From Bdellovibrionales bacterium (lineage in GTDB: Bacteria > Pseudomonadota > Alphaproteobacteria > UBA9219), in contig JBEOJY010000001.1 of the NCBI GenBank assembly GCA_040275305.1, positions 78,858 to 142,857 on the forward strand: DNA of 64,000 nt, written 5' to 3'. The notes beneath the pieces are model-generated. The model worked only from the letters and a program-made list of their open reading frames with translations, did not search any database and had not been told where the DNA came from. Positions within the stretch are counted from its first letter, which is position 1; each line of letters starts with the position of its first letter. Shown here in pieces: positions 9,030 to 18,545 of the stretch. Made by a program: the position numbers and the translations under genes.

Positions 9030-10378
9030 CTTGCCTTGCCTTCAAGTCGGGTTCTGGCGCGGTCGGGGCCGATCATGGGCAGGAGCGCTTTCATTTCCGG
9101 GCCGTGGTCAGTTCCGGTCAGCGCGAGGCGCAGGGGAAGGAACAGATCCTTGCCTTTACGTCCGGTCGCGTATTTGATTGCGCCGATCCATTGTCCCCAT
9201 GTTTCCTCGTTCCATGGCGCGGGCGGCAGGAGGCTTTGAGCGGTCGCGATGAATTTGCGTTCTTCGTCAGCGATGACGGGGGCGACGGGGCCTTGCACGA
9301 CTTGCCACCATATCTTCGCGTCGCTGAGCTTGACGAGATTCGGCTTGATCGCGTTCCAGAAGTCTTCGTTGTTATCTGGGATGCCGAACGCCTTCAATCG
9401 GTCGCGCATGGTTTTGTATTCTGTCAGATGGAGAATTTTGGCGTTGAGCGCCTGAAGATCTTCCGTGCTGAATTTCGGCGTGGCGCGTGAGATTTTATGC
9501 AGGTCGAACGCGGCGGCCAGTTCGCCGGGCGTCAGGTGCGGGGTGACGGAGTCGGACGTGCCGAGATAGGCGAGCAGCGTGTTGATCGCCATCGGCTCGA
9601 TTTCCATGTCGTCGCGCATGCTGGCGATGCTCAGTGTGCCGAGGCGTTTGCTCATTTCGACGCCGCTGGCGCTGACGATCAGCGGGAAGTGCGCGAAGGC
9701 GGGAGGGGGCTTGTCGGTAACGGCTTGCCATATTTGAGTTTGCACAGCGGTGTTGGCGACATGATCTTCGCCGCGAATGACGTGCGTGACGCCAAAATCG
9801 GCATCGTCTACGACCGAACAGAAGGTGTAGAGCGGCACACCGTCTTCGCGCACGAGCACGGGGTCAGAGAGCGAGGTGGCGGGGAAGGTTTTGTGGCCTT
9901 GGATGACGTCGTCCCATGTGACGGGCGCGGAATCGAGCTTGAAGCGCCAGTGCGGGTTGCGGCCTTGTTGTTCGAGGGCGGCGCGTTCGGCGTTCGTGAG
10001 TTTCAGCGCAGAGCGGTCATAGACGGGGGGGAGGCCGCGTCCGAGTTGCGTTTTGCGTTTCAGGTCGAGTTCGGCCTGCGTTTCATAGCAGGGATAGACG
10101 CGGCCCGATTCTTTGAGCTTTTCGAGCGTTTCGCGGTAGCGGTCGAGGCGGTCGGATTGCCGCGCGAATACATCCCATGTTAGGCCGAGCCAAGTCATAT
10201 CGCGCTCGATGCCGCGCGCGAAGGCTTCGGTCGAGCGCTCGCGGTCGGTGTCGTCTAGGCGCAGCATGAACTTGCCGCCCTGTCGCCGCGCGAAGAGCCA
10301 ATTGAAGAGGGCCGACCGGATATTGCCTATATGCAGAAGGCCGGTGGGCGAGGGTGCAAACCGAACAAGGACGCTCAT
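9026..10378 (-). CDS. gltX: Glutamyl-tRNA synthetase
   Basis: Start MSVLVRFAPSPTGLLHIGNIRSALFNW (HIGH-type motif). KMSKR motif. About 451 aa. The ORF-track 5' extension lacks homology. Confidence 0.9.
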   Translation of the reverse strand: MSVLVRFAPSPTGLLHIGNIRSALFNWLFARRQGGKFMLRLDDTDRERSTEAFARGIERDMTWLGLTWDVFARQSDRLDRYRETLEKLKESGRVYPCYETQAELDLKRKTQLGRGLPPVYDRSALKLTNAERAALEQQGRNPHWRFKLDSAPVTWDDVIQGHKTFPATSLSDPVLVREDGVPLYTFCSVVDDADFGVTHVIRGEDHVANTAVQTQIWQAVTDKPPPAFAHFPLIVSASGVEMSKRLGTLSIASMRDDMEIEPMAINTLLAYLGTSDSVTPHLTPGELAAAFDLHKISRATPKFSTEDLQALNAKILHLTEYKTMRDRLKAFGIPDNNEDFWNAIKPNLVKLSDAKIWWQVVQGPVAPVIADEERKFIATAQSLLPPAPWNEETWGQWIGAIKYATGRKGKDLFLPLRLALTGTDHGPEMKALLPMIGPDRARTRLEGKAS

Positions 10379-10700
10379 GGCTACGGTTTTAGAGGATTTT
10401 TTGTCGGTTTGCAGCATGATTTTGCATTGCACCAATCGGAATTGTCGTGGGCATTGGCGTGATTCGTGAACGAGTACTGCCTTGGTGCTAATAATTTTTA
10501 GCAGCAGTATTTGTGCTTTTTCTGATTTATTTTTCCTGATGTTGCGGCGCAATATTTTTGTTTGTTTTTTTGTTTGATTTTTTTATGTGATTTATTGTTG
10601 ATTGTGGTTAAGTCAGGTGGTTTTGGCTTTAATATTTCAAGAGCGCCTCACTTGACGACACGATGACTGATAAACACTTTTTCTTTTAAGGAGTGATTTT

Positions 10701-10952
10701 ATGACTACTATGGCTGATGTTTACCTATCACAAAATTCCCGTGAAAAGTACGCGCGGGGAGCCGAAAATAATGATGAGCAACGAGCCGCGCATTCTGCTG
10801 TAGGTCGAATGACGGTGACATCTGCCCAAGTGGCTGCTGCAAGCCTTTGTAGTGGCTTTGGATTTGGCGATTATTCTTTGCGCGAGGGGGGGCATCCCAA
10901 GTGGGTTCGTGGGGGCCGCTATAATTGTAGTATGGACTGTGCTCCGGCTTAA
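10701..10952 (+). CDS. Small hypothetical protein (83 aa) with Cys/Gly-rich C-terminus; its own SD and terminator
   Basis: aaggag 7 nt upstream of the ATG. AT-rich promoter region. Intrinsic terminator 11010-11039 follows. AT-shifted codons. C-terminus CSGFGFGDYSLREGGHPKWVRGGRYNCSMDCAPA. Confidence 0.45.
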   Translation: MTTMADVYLSQNSREKYARGAENNDEQRAAHSAVGRMTVTSAQVAAASLCSGFGFGDYSLREGGHPKWVRGGRYNCSMDCAPA

Positions 10953-11009
10953 TTACTTAAGCTCTCATATTTTTGGGTGCCACGTTTCTATAGTTCTATA
11001 TGGAAACAA

Positions 11010-11039
11010 GGGCGGCTGATGGATCAGCCGCCCTTTTTG
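11010..11039 (+). terminator. Rho-independent terminator (bidirectional-looking) between the small ORF and the convergent oxygenase gene
   Basis: gggcggctga-tgga-tcagccgccc stem followed by tttttg. Confidence 0.7.
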
Positions 11040-11041
11040 CA

Positions 11042-11806
11042 TTATCCTTTCAGCGTGATCGGCTTGTCTGGGAAGGAGAGCTGGTCGCGGTCGCGCCAGA
11101 GGGAGCGGACATAGTTGACTTCCATCAGGCGGCGGACGCCTTTGATGGGGCGTTTTTCGAAGCCGTGGAAGGTCACGTCAGAACGGACGAAGATGACGGC
11201 GGAGTTGAACGCGGCGGTCGAGCGGCCTACCCATTTCTTGTCGGCATCATAGATATCCGTGCCCCAGTCTTTCGCTTCCGGGCCAGTGCACAAGTAGATC
11301 ACCATCGAGAAAAGTTTGGCCGTGATGTCCGGGTGCGGTTCCAGCCATGCGCCGTCGGTGTCTTGAATGTATTCGACGCGCAGGTAGCTGCCTTCGATGT
11401 CGTTTGGCGGGAGGTTCAGGGTTTCCGTAATTTGTCGCGCGACTTCCGGGCGCTGGAACGCATCGCAGAAGGTTTGGACCGCCGGGAAATCCTCGCGCAT
11501 TTCGGGCGTGAAGAAGGAGCGCTTTCGGTTGTTTTGCTCGTAATCGCGGACGCCTGCGCATTCTTCAATGGCTGGCGGCACGATGGGGAGGACGAGCACG
11601 CCGACGCACATGTCTTCCGGTAGCGTGTTTTTAAGCACCCAGCGACGGTAGGGCTGTTCCTTGATTTCGCTGGCTTTCAGTGCGCCGATGAAGTGGGTTG
11701 CGATGGATTCTGGTGAGGAGAGCTGGAGAAATTCGTGATAGGGTTTCCCTGAAATTTCTGCGCTTTGGTTTTCTTCGATTCGCAAGGCTGTTTGCGTGTA
11801 GGACAT
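11042..11806 (-). CDS. 2OG-Fe(II)-oxygenase-like protein (HxD...H facial triad), paralogue 1
   Basis: LEPHPDITAKL ... VTFHGFEKRP ... RRL. Start at MSYTQTALRIE; the upstream ORF extension runs through repeat C. Confidence 0.55.
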   Translation of the reverse strand: MSYTQTALRIEENQSAEISGKPYHEFLQLSSPESIATHFIGALKASEIKEQPYRRWVLKNTLPEDMCVGVLVLPIVPPAIEECAGVRDYEQNNRKRSFFTPEMREDFPAVQTFCDAFQRPEVARQITETLNLPPNDIEGSYLRVEYIQDTDGAWLEPHPDITAKLFSMVIYLCTGPEAKDWGTDIYDADKKWVGRSTAAFNSAVIFVRSDVTFHGFEKRPIKGVRRLMEVNYVRSLWRDRDQLSFPDKPITLKG

Positions 11807-11887
11807 GATGGCCTCATTTATTGTTGCGTTGTTGTATGGACAAAATGTACCGAGAAGGAGAATATGGGCAATATTCACAACAAGGGC

Positions 11888-12003
11888 CGTCATTGCGAGC
11901 CCCATTCTTGGGGCGAAGCAATCCAGAGTCACAAAAACTGCCTTTGCCGCTCTGGATTGCCACGTCGCTTTCCGCCTTCGGCGGAAAACTCCTCGCAATG
12001 ACG
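11888..12003. repeat. Interspersed palindromic repeat, family C
   Basis: gtcattgcgag...cgaagcaatccagag...ctctggattgccacgtcgc...ctcctcgcaatgac with terminal and internal inverted repeats. Confidence 0.65.
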
Positions 12004-12063
12004 GCCTTTGTTGCGATGCTTGTCCTAATCATCATCAGGGACGGCTTGGCAGTTACTACTCTC

Positions 12064-12810
12064 CTATCCCTTGTTTCCAAACGATCTTGGCGCCCAGTCG
12101 ATCAATTGCTTCATGCCGGGGATCGATTTGGCGAAGGCGCTGAGGGCGTGGCGGATGTTTTCGCGGTGGGCATACCATTCCGTGTCGACGTAGCACAGCT
12201 GCACGCTCATGCGCTTGCCTTTTTGCGGCAGAAAGCCGTGCCATGAATGGCCGCAGACGCGGAACATCAGGATGTTACCGTATTCCGGTTTGAACTCGAA
12301 GGCGTAGTCGTCGCGGTCGTTGCCGCGCAGGACGCGCAGGCGGCCTTTTTCGTAGGGCCATTCTTCGCTGAAGCCGATGAGAACGGTGATGATCTTGTGC
12401 TTCGAATCTGGATGCGCGTAACCTTCGTTGTAGTGTCCCGTGGTGTTGCCCATCATGACGATGGAGGCCGGGCGGCCCGTCAGGTCGATGTCGAATTTCT
12501 GTTCGACGAGGCGGCGGAAACGGTCGCTCAAAAGATCTTCCATGCAGTCCGCGAATTTGCGGCCATAGCGCAGATTGGCGAGCGCATAGCTGCCACGATC
12601 CGGGATAACAGGCGCTTCGGCAAGGACCGCCGCTTTTTCCTCCATGGGGAAGGCGTTTTCGATGTAGCAGAAATCGTAAGGGTCGCGGCGTAGCTCGGCG
12701 GCCTTGATTGCCTCTTCATTCAGGAGCTTGAATTGTGAACCGGGTTTGGGAGGTTTCGCGGTGACCGGCTCGACGAACTTTCTCGCGGTGGCTTCGGCTG
12801 GCGGCGTCAT
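12064..12810 (-). CDS. 2OG-Fe(II)-oxygenase-like protein, paralogue 2
   Basis: GYAHPDSKHK ... CGHSWHGF. Shares a colinear motif pattern with 11042-11806 (Y..W/C.L/I.N..P.E; HPD; FR/VRS..HGF). Confidence 0.55.
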   Translation of the reverse strand: MTPPAEATARKFVEPVTAKPPKPGSQFKLLNEEAIKAAELRRDPYDFCYIENAFPMEEKAAVLAEAPVIPDRGSYALANLRYGRKFADCMEDLLSDRFRRLVEQKFDIDLTGRPASIVMMGNTTGHYNEGYAHPDSKHKIITVLIGFSEEWPYEKGRLRVLRGNDRDDYAFEFKPEYGNILMFRVCGHSWHGFLPQKGKRMSVQLCYVDTEWYAHRENIRHALSAFAKSIPGMKQLIDWAPRSFGNKG

Positions 12811-12837
12811 GGCGGTTTTCTCCTTTGTTTGCACACG

Positions 12838-13022
12838 CGATGCTAGTAGTCTGTGTGACTTAAAAAGTAGCATTCTGACTTGGTCTTTTTCGCCGTGGCC
12901 GCGTCAAGAGGCTTGCTCGTAGCACGCGCTACGCGCTGCGCCTCTTTCCTTGCCACGTCAAAAAATTCCTGCGTCATAATCCTACTTTTTAAGTCACACA
13001 GACTACTAGCAAATACGGTTTT
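12838..13022. repeat. MITE-like element with ~29-bp perfect terminal inverted repeats
   Basis: gctagtagtctgtgtgacttaaaaagtag ... ctactttttaagtcacacagactactagc. Confidence 0.65.
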
Positions 13023-13031
13023 GTACGACAA

Positions 13032-14228
13032 CTAAAACTCCGGTAAGGACGGCTCCTTGTTGGGGGTCGCGGCTATCCCCTCGATTTCGATGAGCCATTC
13101 CGGGCGGCAGACGGGACCTTGCACGACAACGAAGGGTAGTTCGGGGCAGCGTTCGTTCAAGCGTTCCGCGATTCGCGCGTAGTCGGCCGGGTCGCGCAGA
13201 TAGACGGTCATGGTCATCATGTCGTCGAGCGACGCGCCGCCGGAGTTCAAAAGCGCTTCAATGTTTTCTAATGTGCGGTCAAGTTGTTTCTCTACGTCGC
13301 CGATGTGGACGACATCGCCAGCCGCGTCGATGCTGGCGGTACCGGAGATGTAGTAGTGGCGGCGGTCAGCGAACGAGACGCGCGCGCCGCGTTCGAAATG
13401 CACGTTGTAGTCTTTGGTCGCGCAAAGGCGGCTGAAATCGTTGAGGTAGGAGATTTGCTCCGGCTTCATGCCTAGAATCGAGTAGGCGTCCATGACGACG
13501 AGGTCGTAGCGGTGCGCTCCGCCGCCCTCGATTCCTGTGCTGGCGATGAAGTGCGTATCCCCCGTCAATCCGTTATGCGCGAACATGTCGCGGCGTTCAT
13601 CGACCATGCCTTGATAGAAGATATCGACACCCTTGACGTAGATCCATGTGCGCACGCAGTTGTCTTTCAGCGTGCCGCCTTGCGCCGCGAGCGCTGCGAT
13701 CAGGTCGTTGAACGCGCGGCGCGTTTGTTTAGACGAGGAGAGGGATTGGTCGGTGTTATGGGCGCAGAGGCGCGCGCTCCAGAGATGTTTCAGGTCTTTT
13801 CGCGCTATCAGGGTATGGGATGGACCTAGCCTTTGTTTATTAAGCTTGCCGCGTCCTTCGATGTGGTAGGCGCTCATCGCGATTTTGGCGTAGGGCAAGG
13901 GCGGTTGCTGCACGATCGAGACGGCGACCGGGTTTTCCGCGCTATCCTGTCCCAGAAACGAGCGGCGGATCGTTTCGGCCTGTGTGAGGGAATCGCTTAG
14001 GTAAACACGGCGGAACACCGCGCTGTCGTGGTCGAGGCCTTGGGCGCGCAGGGACTCGCTATAGAGCGATTCCAGACACTCTACCTGTTCCTTGAAGCTT
14101 AGATGTGATGGGGCAGTGAGTGTGAGGAAATGCTCGGTGTCACCGGAGGATCCTGCGAACGCCCGGTGCCTGACATCTGCACTTCTTGGGGCAGGGGTAG
14201 GGGGGATGTTGCGTGCTGGTTCGGACAC
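13032..14228 (-). CDS. Tandem YjgF/RidA-fold protein, chorismatase-like (FkbO/Hyg5/XanB2 family candidate)
   Basis: C-terminal 130 aa align to RidA (ISGTASID ... MTMTVYLRDPADYARIAE ... RPEWLIEIEGIAA). A second degenerate YjgF-like half precedes it (VRTWIYVKGVD...HFIASTGIEG). 398 aa. Confidence 0.45.
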   Translation of the reverse strand: MSEPARNIPPTPAPRSADVRHRAFAGSSGDTEHFLTLTAPSHLSFKEQVECLESLYSESLRAQGLDHDSAVFRRVYLSDSLTQAETIRRSFLGQDSAENPVAVSIVQQPPLPYAKIAMSAYHIEGRGKLNKQRLGPSHTLIARKDLKHLWSARLCAHNTDQSLSSSKQTRRAFNDLIAALAAQGGTLKDNCVRTWIYVKGVDIFYQGMVDERRDMFAHNGLTGDTHFIASTGIEGGGAHRYDLVVMDAYSILGMKPEQISYLNDFSRLCATKDYNVHFERGARVSFADRRHYYISGTASIDAAGDVVHIGDVEKQLDRTLENIEALLNSGGASLDDMMTMTVYLRDPADYARIAERLNERCPELPFVVVQGPVCRPEWLIEIEGIAATPNKEPSLPEF

Positions 14229-14444
14229 GGCGTTTGAGCCTCAATTGTACATCGCAGTTTAAGGTGGGCCTTCGCACAGGCTCTTACACTTCTTGTTTAA
14301 TCCGGTCAATTTTTAGTTGTTTAGGCTATTTAAGGGTTGTCAGTCAGGGAGGTGGGCGAGTAGGTTGCTGACTTAATCGGTTGACGACTAGGTCCGCGCA
14401 GGCGGGGTTCGGCGAGATTAAGGGCAGATTTCAGGGAGGATGCG

Positions 14445-14717
14445 ATGTTGCAATCGCGCATTGACGAGATTTTGGACGTTGTGGCGCAGAAGGCGATGAT
14501 TGATCGCAGCAAGCTGACGCGCGAGGCGAAGCTTAGCGATCTTAATGTCAGTTCGCTTGATATGGTCGAGGTGATGTTTGCGCTTGAGGACAAATTCGGC
14601 ATCGAATTGCCGTTTAACGCTAATGTCAATGCGAATGCGTTTGAGACATTGGGCGACGTGATCAATCTGGTGGAAAAGCAGATGGCGGCTTCCGGCAAGT
14701 CGGCAGCGAATGGATAG
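14445..14717 (+). CDS. Acyl carrier protein (NodF/AcpXL-like specialised ACP)
   Basis: SDLNVSSLDMVEVMFALEDKFGIELP matches the AcpXL/NodF pattern. Ser in the DSL-like motif. 90 aa. Confidence 0.8.
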   Translation: MLQSRIDEILDVVAQKAMIDRSKLTREAKLSDLNVSSLDMVEVMFALEDKFGIELPFNANVNANAFETLGDVINLVEKQMAASGKSAANG

Positions 14718-14723
14718 GCGCGC

Positions 14724-15941
14724 TTGACACGTCGCATCGTCATTACCGGGTTGGGCGTCATATCGCCGATTGGGCAATCGGTCGCCGAATTTGGGCAAAA
14801 CCTGTTCGCGGGCCGTTGCGGGATTGAGAGCGCGACGTTTACTTATCGCAACGCCGAAGTAAAATTTCCGGCGGCTCCGGTCAAGAATTTCAAAATCGAA
14901 GACTGGATTGAGCCCAAGAAGGCCTCGCTGCTTGATCGTTTTTCACAGTTCGCGGTCGCGGCGGCTTTACAAGCGATGAAGGATTCCGGGTTGGTTTTGA
15001 CGCCGGAAGACGCCGAGCGTATGGCGGTGATTACGGGCACAGGCGTGGGCGGGCAGAATACGCTTGAAGATTCCTATATGCGGCTTCTGGACGCCAATGG
15101 TTCGCCGCGCGTGCATCCGTTCACTATTCCGCGTCTGATGGCCAATGCCGGATCGAGCCAGATCAGCATGGCGACGGGTATCACGGGGCCGGGCTTCACG
15201 GTCGCGAGCGCTTGCGCGTCGGCTATCCATGCTATGGGCGTGACGCTGCACATGCTGCGCACTGGCTTTATCGACCGCGCGATTACGGGCGGTTCTGAAA
15301 GCTGTCTGACGTTTGGGACTTTGAAGGGGTGGGAGGCGTTGCGCGTGATGGCTCCGGACGTATGTCGTCCTTTCTCGAAAGATCGCGCCGGGATGGTGCT
15401 GGGCGAGGGGGCGGCTATGTTCGTTCTGGAGACGTTGGAGGCGGCACAGGCTCGCGGGGCGAAGATTTACGCCGAGTTCGCTGGGTTTGGTATGAGCTCG
15501 GATGCTAAGGATATCACCACTCCGGACGTGAAAGGCGCGTCGCGGGCGGTGGTGGCCGCGCTGAAAGATGCGGGGCTGAAACCTGAGGATGTCGATTATA
15601 TCAACGCGCATGGCACGGGCACGCGCATTAACGATCTGACGGAGACGGCGGCGTTGAAGCTCGCGTTGGGGGAAGATAGAGCCAAGAAGATTCCGATTTC
15701 GTCCAGCAAGTCGATGTTTGGCCATGCGCTTGGCGCGGCGGGGGCGTTGGAGATGCTCGCGACGGTGTTGGCGGTCTGCGAGGATAAGGCTCCTCCGACC
15801 ATCAATTATCTGGGTTTGGATCCCGAATGCGACCTCGATTGCGTGCCGAACGAGGCTCGGGCGATGCCAATCCGCGCGGCGCTGAACAATTCGTTCGCTT
15901 TTGGCGGGCTGAACGCAGTCGTGGCTGTGCGGAAAATTTAA
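14724..15941 (+). CDS. Beta-ketoacyl-ACP synthase, KAS-II type (NodE/FabF-like)
   Basis: Active-site Cys in ASACAS. His-His pair in HGTGT and GHALGAAG. 405 aa. Starts 7 nt after the ACP stop. Confidence 0.88.
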   Translation: MTRRIVITGLGVISPIGQSVAEFGQNLFAGRCGIESATFTYRNAEVKFPAAPVKNFKIEDWIEPKKASLLDRFSQFAVAAALQAMKDSGLVLTPEDAERMAVITGTGVGGQNTLEDSYMRLLDANGSPRVHPFTIPRLMANAGSSQISMATGITGPGFTVASACASAIHAMGVTLHMLRTGFIDRAITGGSESCLTFGTLKGWEALRVMAPDVCRPFSKDRAGMVLGEGAAMFVLETLEAAQARGAKIYAEFAGFGMSSDAKDITTPDVKGASRAVVAALKDAGLKPEDVDYINAHGTGTRINDLTETAALKLALGEDRAKKIPISSSKSMFGHALGAAGALEMLATVLAVCEDKAPPTINYLGLDPECDLDCVPNEARAMPIRAALNNSFAFGGLNAVVAVRKI

Positions 15942-16290
15942 AGCGACAAGTCTATGCCTGTCGCAGGATTTTTTGCGCTTCGCCCCGAGAGCATGTTCTT
16001 TTTCATAAGAATAGAGATGGTTGCCTGCACAGCGCGAATCATTGCGCATGTATTGTATCGCGTGTTGTATCTTTCTTCTGCATCAGTATTGCCGAATCTT
16101 CGGCATTCATTTTTATATTGTATGAATAAGTATATTCTGTCCATGACGCGGGGCTTGGTTATGGTTTCTTCTGCGACTGTGAAGAGGAGGCGTGTGTTGC
16201 TTGTGGCATGAACGATGAGAAGATTATCATTATTGCTGTATATTAGTTTATGCTCTTTAGCGAAAATGGATGCATCTTGGTTTAGAAATA

Positions 16291-16668
16291 CTATATTATT
16301 CTTTTTTCGTGATATATTCTGGTTCCTGCTTTAACTACTTGACCGTGGTGGGATCTTTTTGATTTCTCTGGGTCGATAATGCCGGTCTTTTGCGCTAGCA
16401 CATACAGTATTCCGAGTAGATTGTATTTGGATTCGCATACTGAGGCCATACGTTCTGCGCTGGCTCGTGCATTATGTTCTGTGTCACGTAAATTATATCG
16501 GATGTGTGCGGCGATATCTCGTTTCTGCGAGGTTACGTATGTAGCGTGCGCGTTTTCTAGCCATTTCAAATCTTCTCTTGAGAAAGCGGACATCGGAAAT
16601 CCACTGGCATTGAGAAATTTTCTGGTATCCAGAACTCCATCTTTGAATAGTTCAAGCGTGTCTTGCAT
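16291..16668 (-). CDS. Hypothetical protein in a ~1 kb AT-rich island
   Basis: 125-aa ORF, the only long ORF in the 15950-16900 low-GC stretch. No family recognised. Confidence 0.3.
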   Translation of the reverse strand: MQDTLELFKDGVLDTRKFLNASGFPMSAFSREDLKWLENAHATYVTSQKRDIAAHIRYNLRDTEHNARASAERMASVCESKYNLLGILYVLAQKTGIIDPEKSKRSHHGQVVKAGTRIYHEKRII

Positions 16669-16928
16669 GTAGTTTCCTATCTATATAAATAGAAGAGTAT
16701 ATTTTGCTGCGCATATTTCGGTAATTTATACATTATCCATGTTGGTGGTCAATGGTTGGGGGCTGCAGGCGCGCAGGGGGGTGATTTTTGTTATGTATAT
16801 GGCGATTAACAACATTTGATGATGTTGGCATGCGCATAGTTTATCGACACCTCATGTGGTAGAGGTGTTTTGTTTGATTTCTGAAAATAATCAGTTGCTT
16901 TTGTTGGGGATTGTGGAAACTATACTTC

Positions 16929-18272
16929 ATGCCTAAAAAACTCTTCATCAAGACCTGGGGTTGCCAGATGAACGTGTACGACTCGGGTCGGATGGCCGAT
17001 GTCGTGGCGCCGCTTGGCTATGAGCCGGGGGAAAGCGCCGAAGACGCCGATTTGGTGATCTTCAACACCTGCCATATTCGTGAGAAGGCGACCGAAAAGC
17101 TGTTTTCCGAGTTGGGGCGGTTGAAGCCGTTGCAGGAGGAGAAGGCCGTTGCGGGCGGGCGCATGATGATCGCGGTGGCGGGTTGCGTCGCGCAGGCAGA
17201 AGGCGAGGAGATCCATCGCCGCGCGCCCTATGTCGATTTGGTGTTCGGGCCGCAATCCTATCACCGATTGCCGGAGATGATCGCGCGGGCGAGCCGCGAG
17301 GCAGGGGTGGTGCTGGACACCGATTTTTCTGTCGAACCGAAGTTCGATCAGTTGCCGCAGGGCGAGAGCAAGGCAGGTGTTAGCGCGTTTTTGTCGATAC
17401 AGGAAGGTTGTGATAAGTTTTGCGCGTTTTGCGTCGTGCCCTACACGCGCGGCGCGGAATATTCGCGCTCGGTCGCGGCGATTCTTGCGGAGGCGGAGAG
17501 CCTTACGCGGCGCGGGGCGCGGGAAATCACGCTTTTGGGGCAGAACGTCAACGCTTTTCATGGTGAAGGGCAGGATGGCCAGGTCTGGGGGCTTGGGCGT
17601 TTGCTGCGACGGATGGCCGAGATTCCCGGGGTCAAGCGTCTTCGCTACATGACTTCGCACCCGCGCGATGTCGATGACGAGCTGATCGCTGCACACCGGG
17701 ACGTGTCGCAGGTTATGCCTTTTTTGCATCTTCCGGCGCAGAGCGGTTCGGATTCCATTCTGGCGGCGATGAATCGTAAGCATACGGCGGATGATTATTT
17801 GCGGCTGGTGGAGCGGTTGCGCAAGGCGCGGCCAGACTTAGCGCTTTCGACGGATATTATCGTCGGCTTTCCGGGCGAGACGGATCAGGATTTTGCTGCG
17901 ACGATGGCGCTGGTGCGCGAGGTCGGCTACGCGCAGTCCTTCTCGTTCAAATACAGTCGCAGGCCGGGGACTCCGGCGGCGGCGATGCCGAACCAGATTG
18001 CGGATGAGGTGAGCGACGCGCGGTTGCAGGAGTTGCAAGCGCTGTTGCGCGAACAGCAGATTGGTTTCAACGCCGCCATGGTGGGGCGGACTGTGCCCGT
18101 ATTGTTCGAAAACGAGGGACGGCAGGAGGGGCAAATTTTTGGGCGCACGTCCTATATGCAGGCTGTGCGGGTCGAGGCCTCCGCGCGACTGATAGGACAG
18201 GAGATGCGCGTAGAGATTGAGCAAGCTAGTTTGAATGCCTTGGCAGGAAGCCTTGCGATCCATGGAGATTGA
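16929..18272 (+). CDS. miaB: tRNA-i6A37 methylthiotransferase
   Basis: Start [15 protein letters not shown]. Radical-SAM [13 protein letters not shown]-terminus. Confidence 0.93.
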   Translation: MPKKLFIKTWGCQMNVYDSGRMADVVAPLGYEPGESAEDADLVIFNTCHIREKATEKLFSELGRLKPLQEEKAVAGGRMMIAVAGCVAQAEGEEIHRRAPYVDLVFGPQSYHRLPEMIARASREAGVVLDTDFSVEPKFDQLPQGESKAGVSAFLSIQEGCDKFCAFCVVPYTRGAEYSRSVAAILAEAESLTRRGAREITLLGQNVNAFHGEGQDGQVWGLGRLLRRMAEIPGVKRLRYMTSHPRDVDDELIAAHRDVSQVMPFLHLPAQSGSDSILAAMNRKHTADDYLRLVERLRKARPDLALSTDIIVGFPGETDQDFAATMALVREVGYAQSFSFKYSRRPGTPAAAMPNQIADEVSDARLQELQALLREQQIGFNAAMVGRTVPVLFENEGRQEGQIFGRTSYMQAVRVEASARLIGQEMRVEIEQASLNALAGSLAIHGD

Positions 18273-18545
18273 AGGCAACCCCAACCAGATCACCTTGCGC
18301 AGCTATCAGGCGCGGCGCGATTGGATGCCGACTTTCGTCGGCATGACGTTAACGGCCATGTTGGTCTTTATGCTAAAACAGCGTGTTAGCGTATTGATTC
18401 GACTTGCGTAGAGACCTGTTGCCGTAAGGAGGGGCTGCGTTGCGCTTTCTTCGTGACTTGGCGTTTGTATCCTGCTGCGGGAGGGGCTATAATTCCCAGT
18501 CTTTAACGTTAACCATATGTATTCATTTGCCAAGCGATTTAGAAC

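Noticed and set aside
9497-10183. 228-aa plus-strand ORF inside gltX
   Set aside because: Antisense to GluRS; Gly/Arg/Val-rich.
14967-16049. 360-aa minus-strand ORF inside the ketosynthase gene
   Set aside because: Antisense artefact; Arg-rich low-complexity translation.
16920-17783. 287-aa minus-strand ORF inside miaB
   Set aside because: Antisense artefact; miaB motifs are unambiguous on the plus strand.
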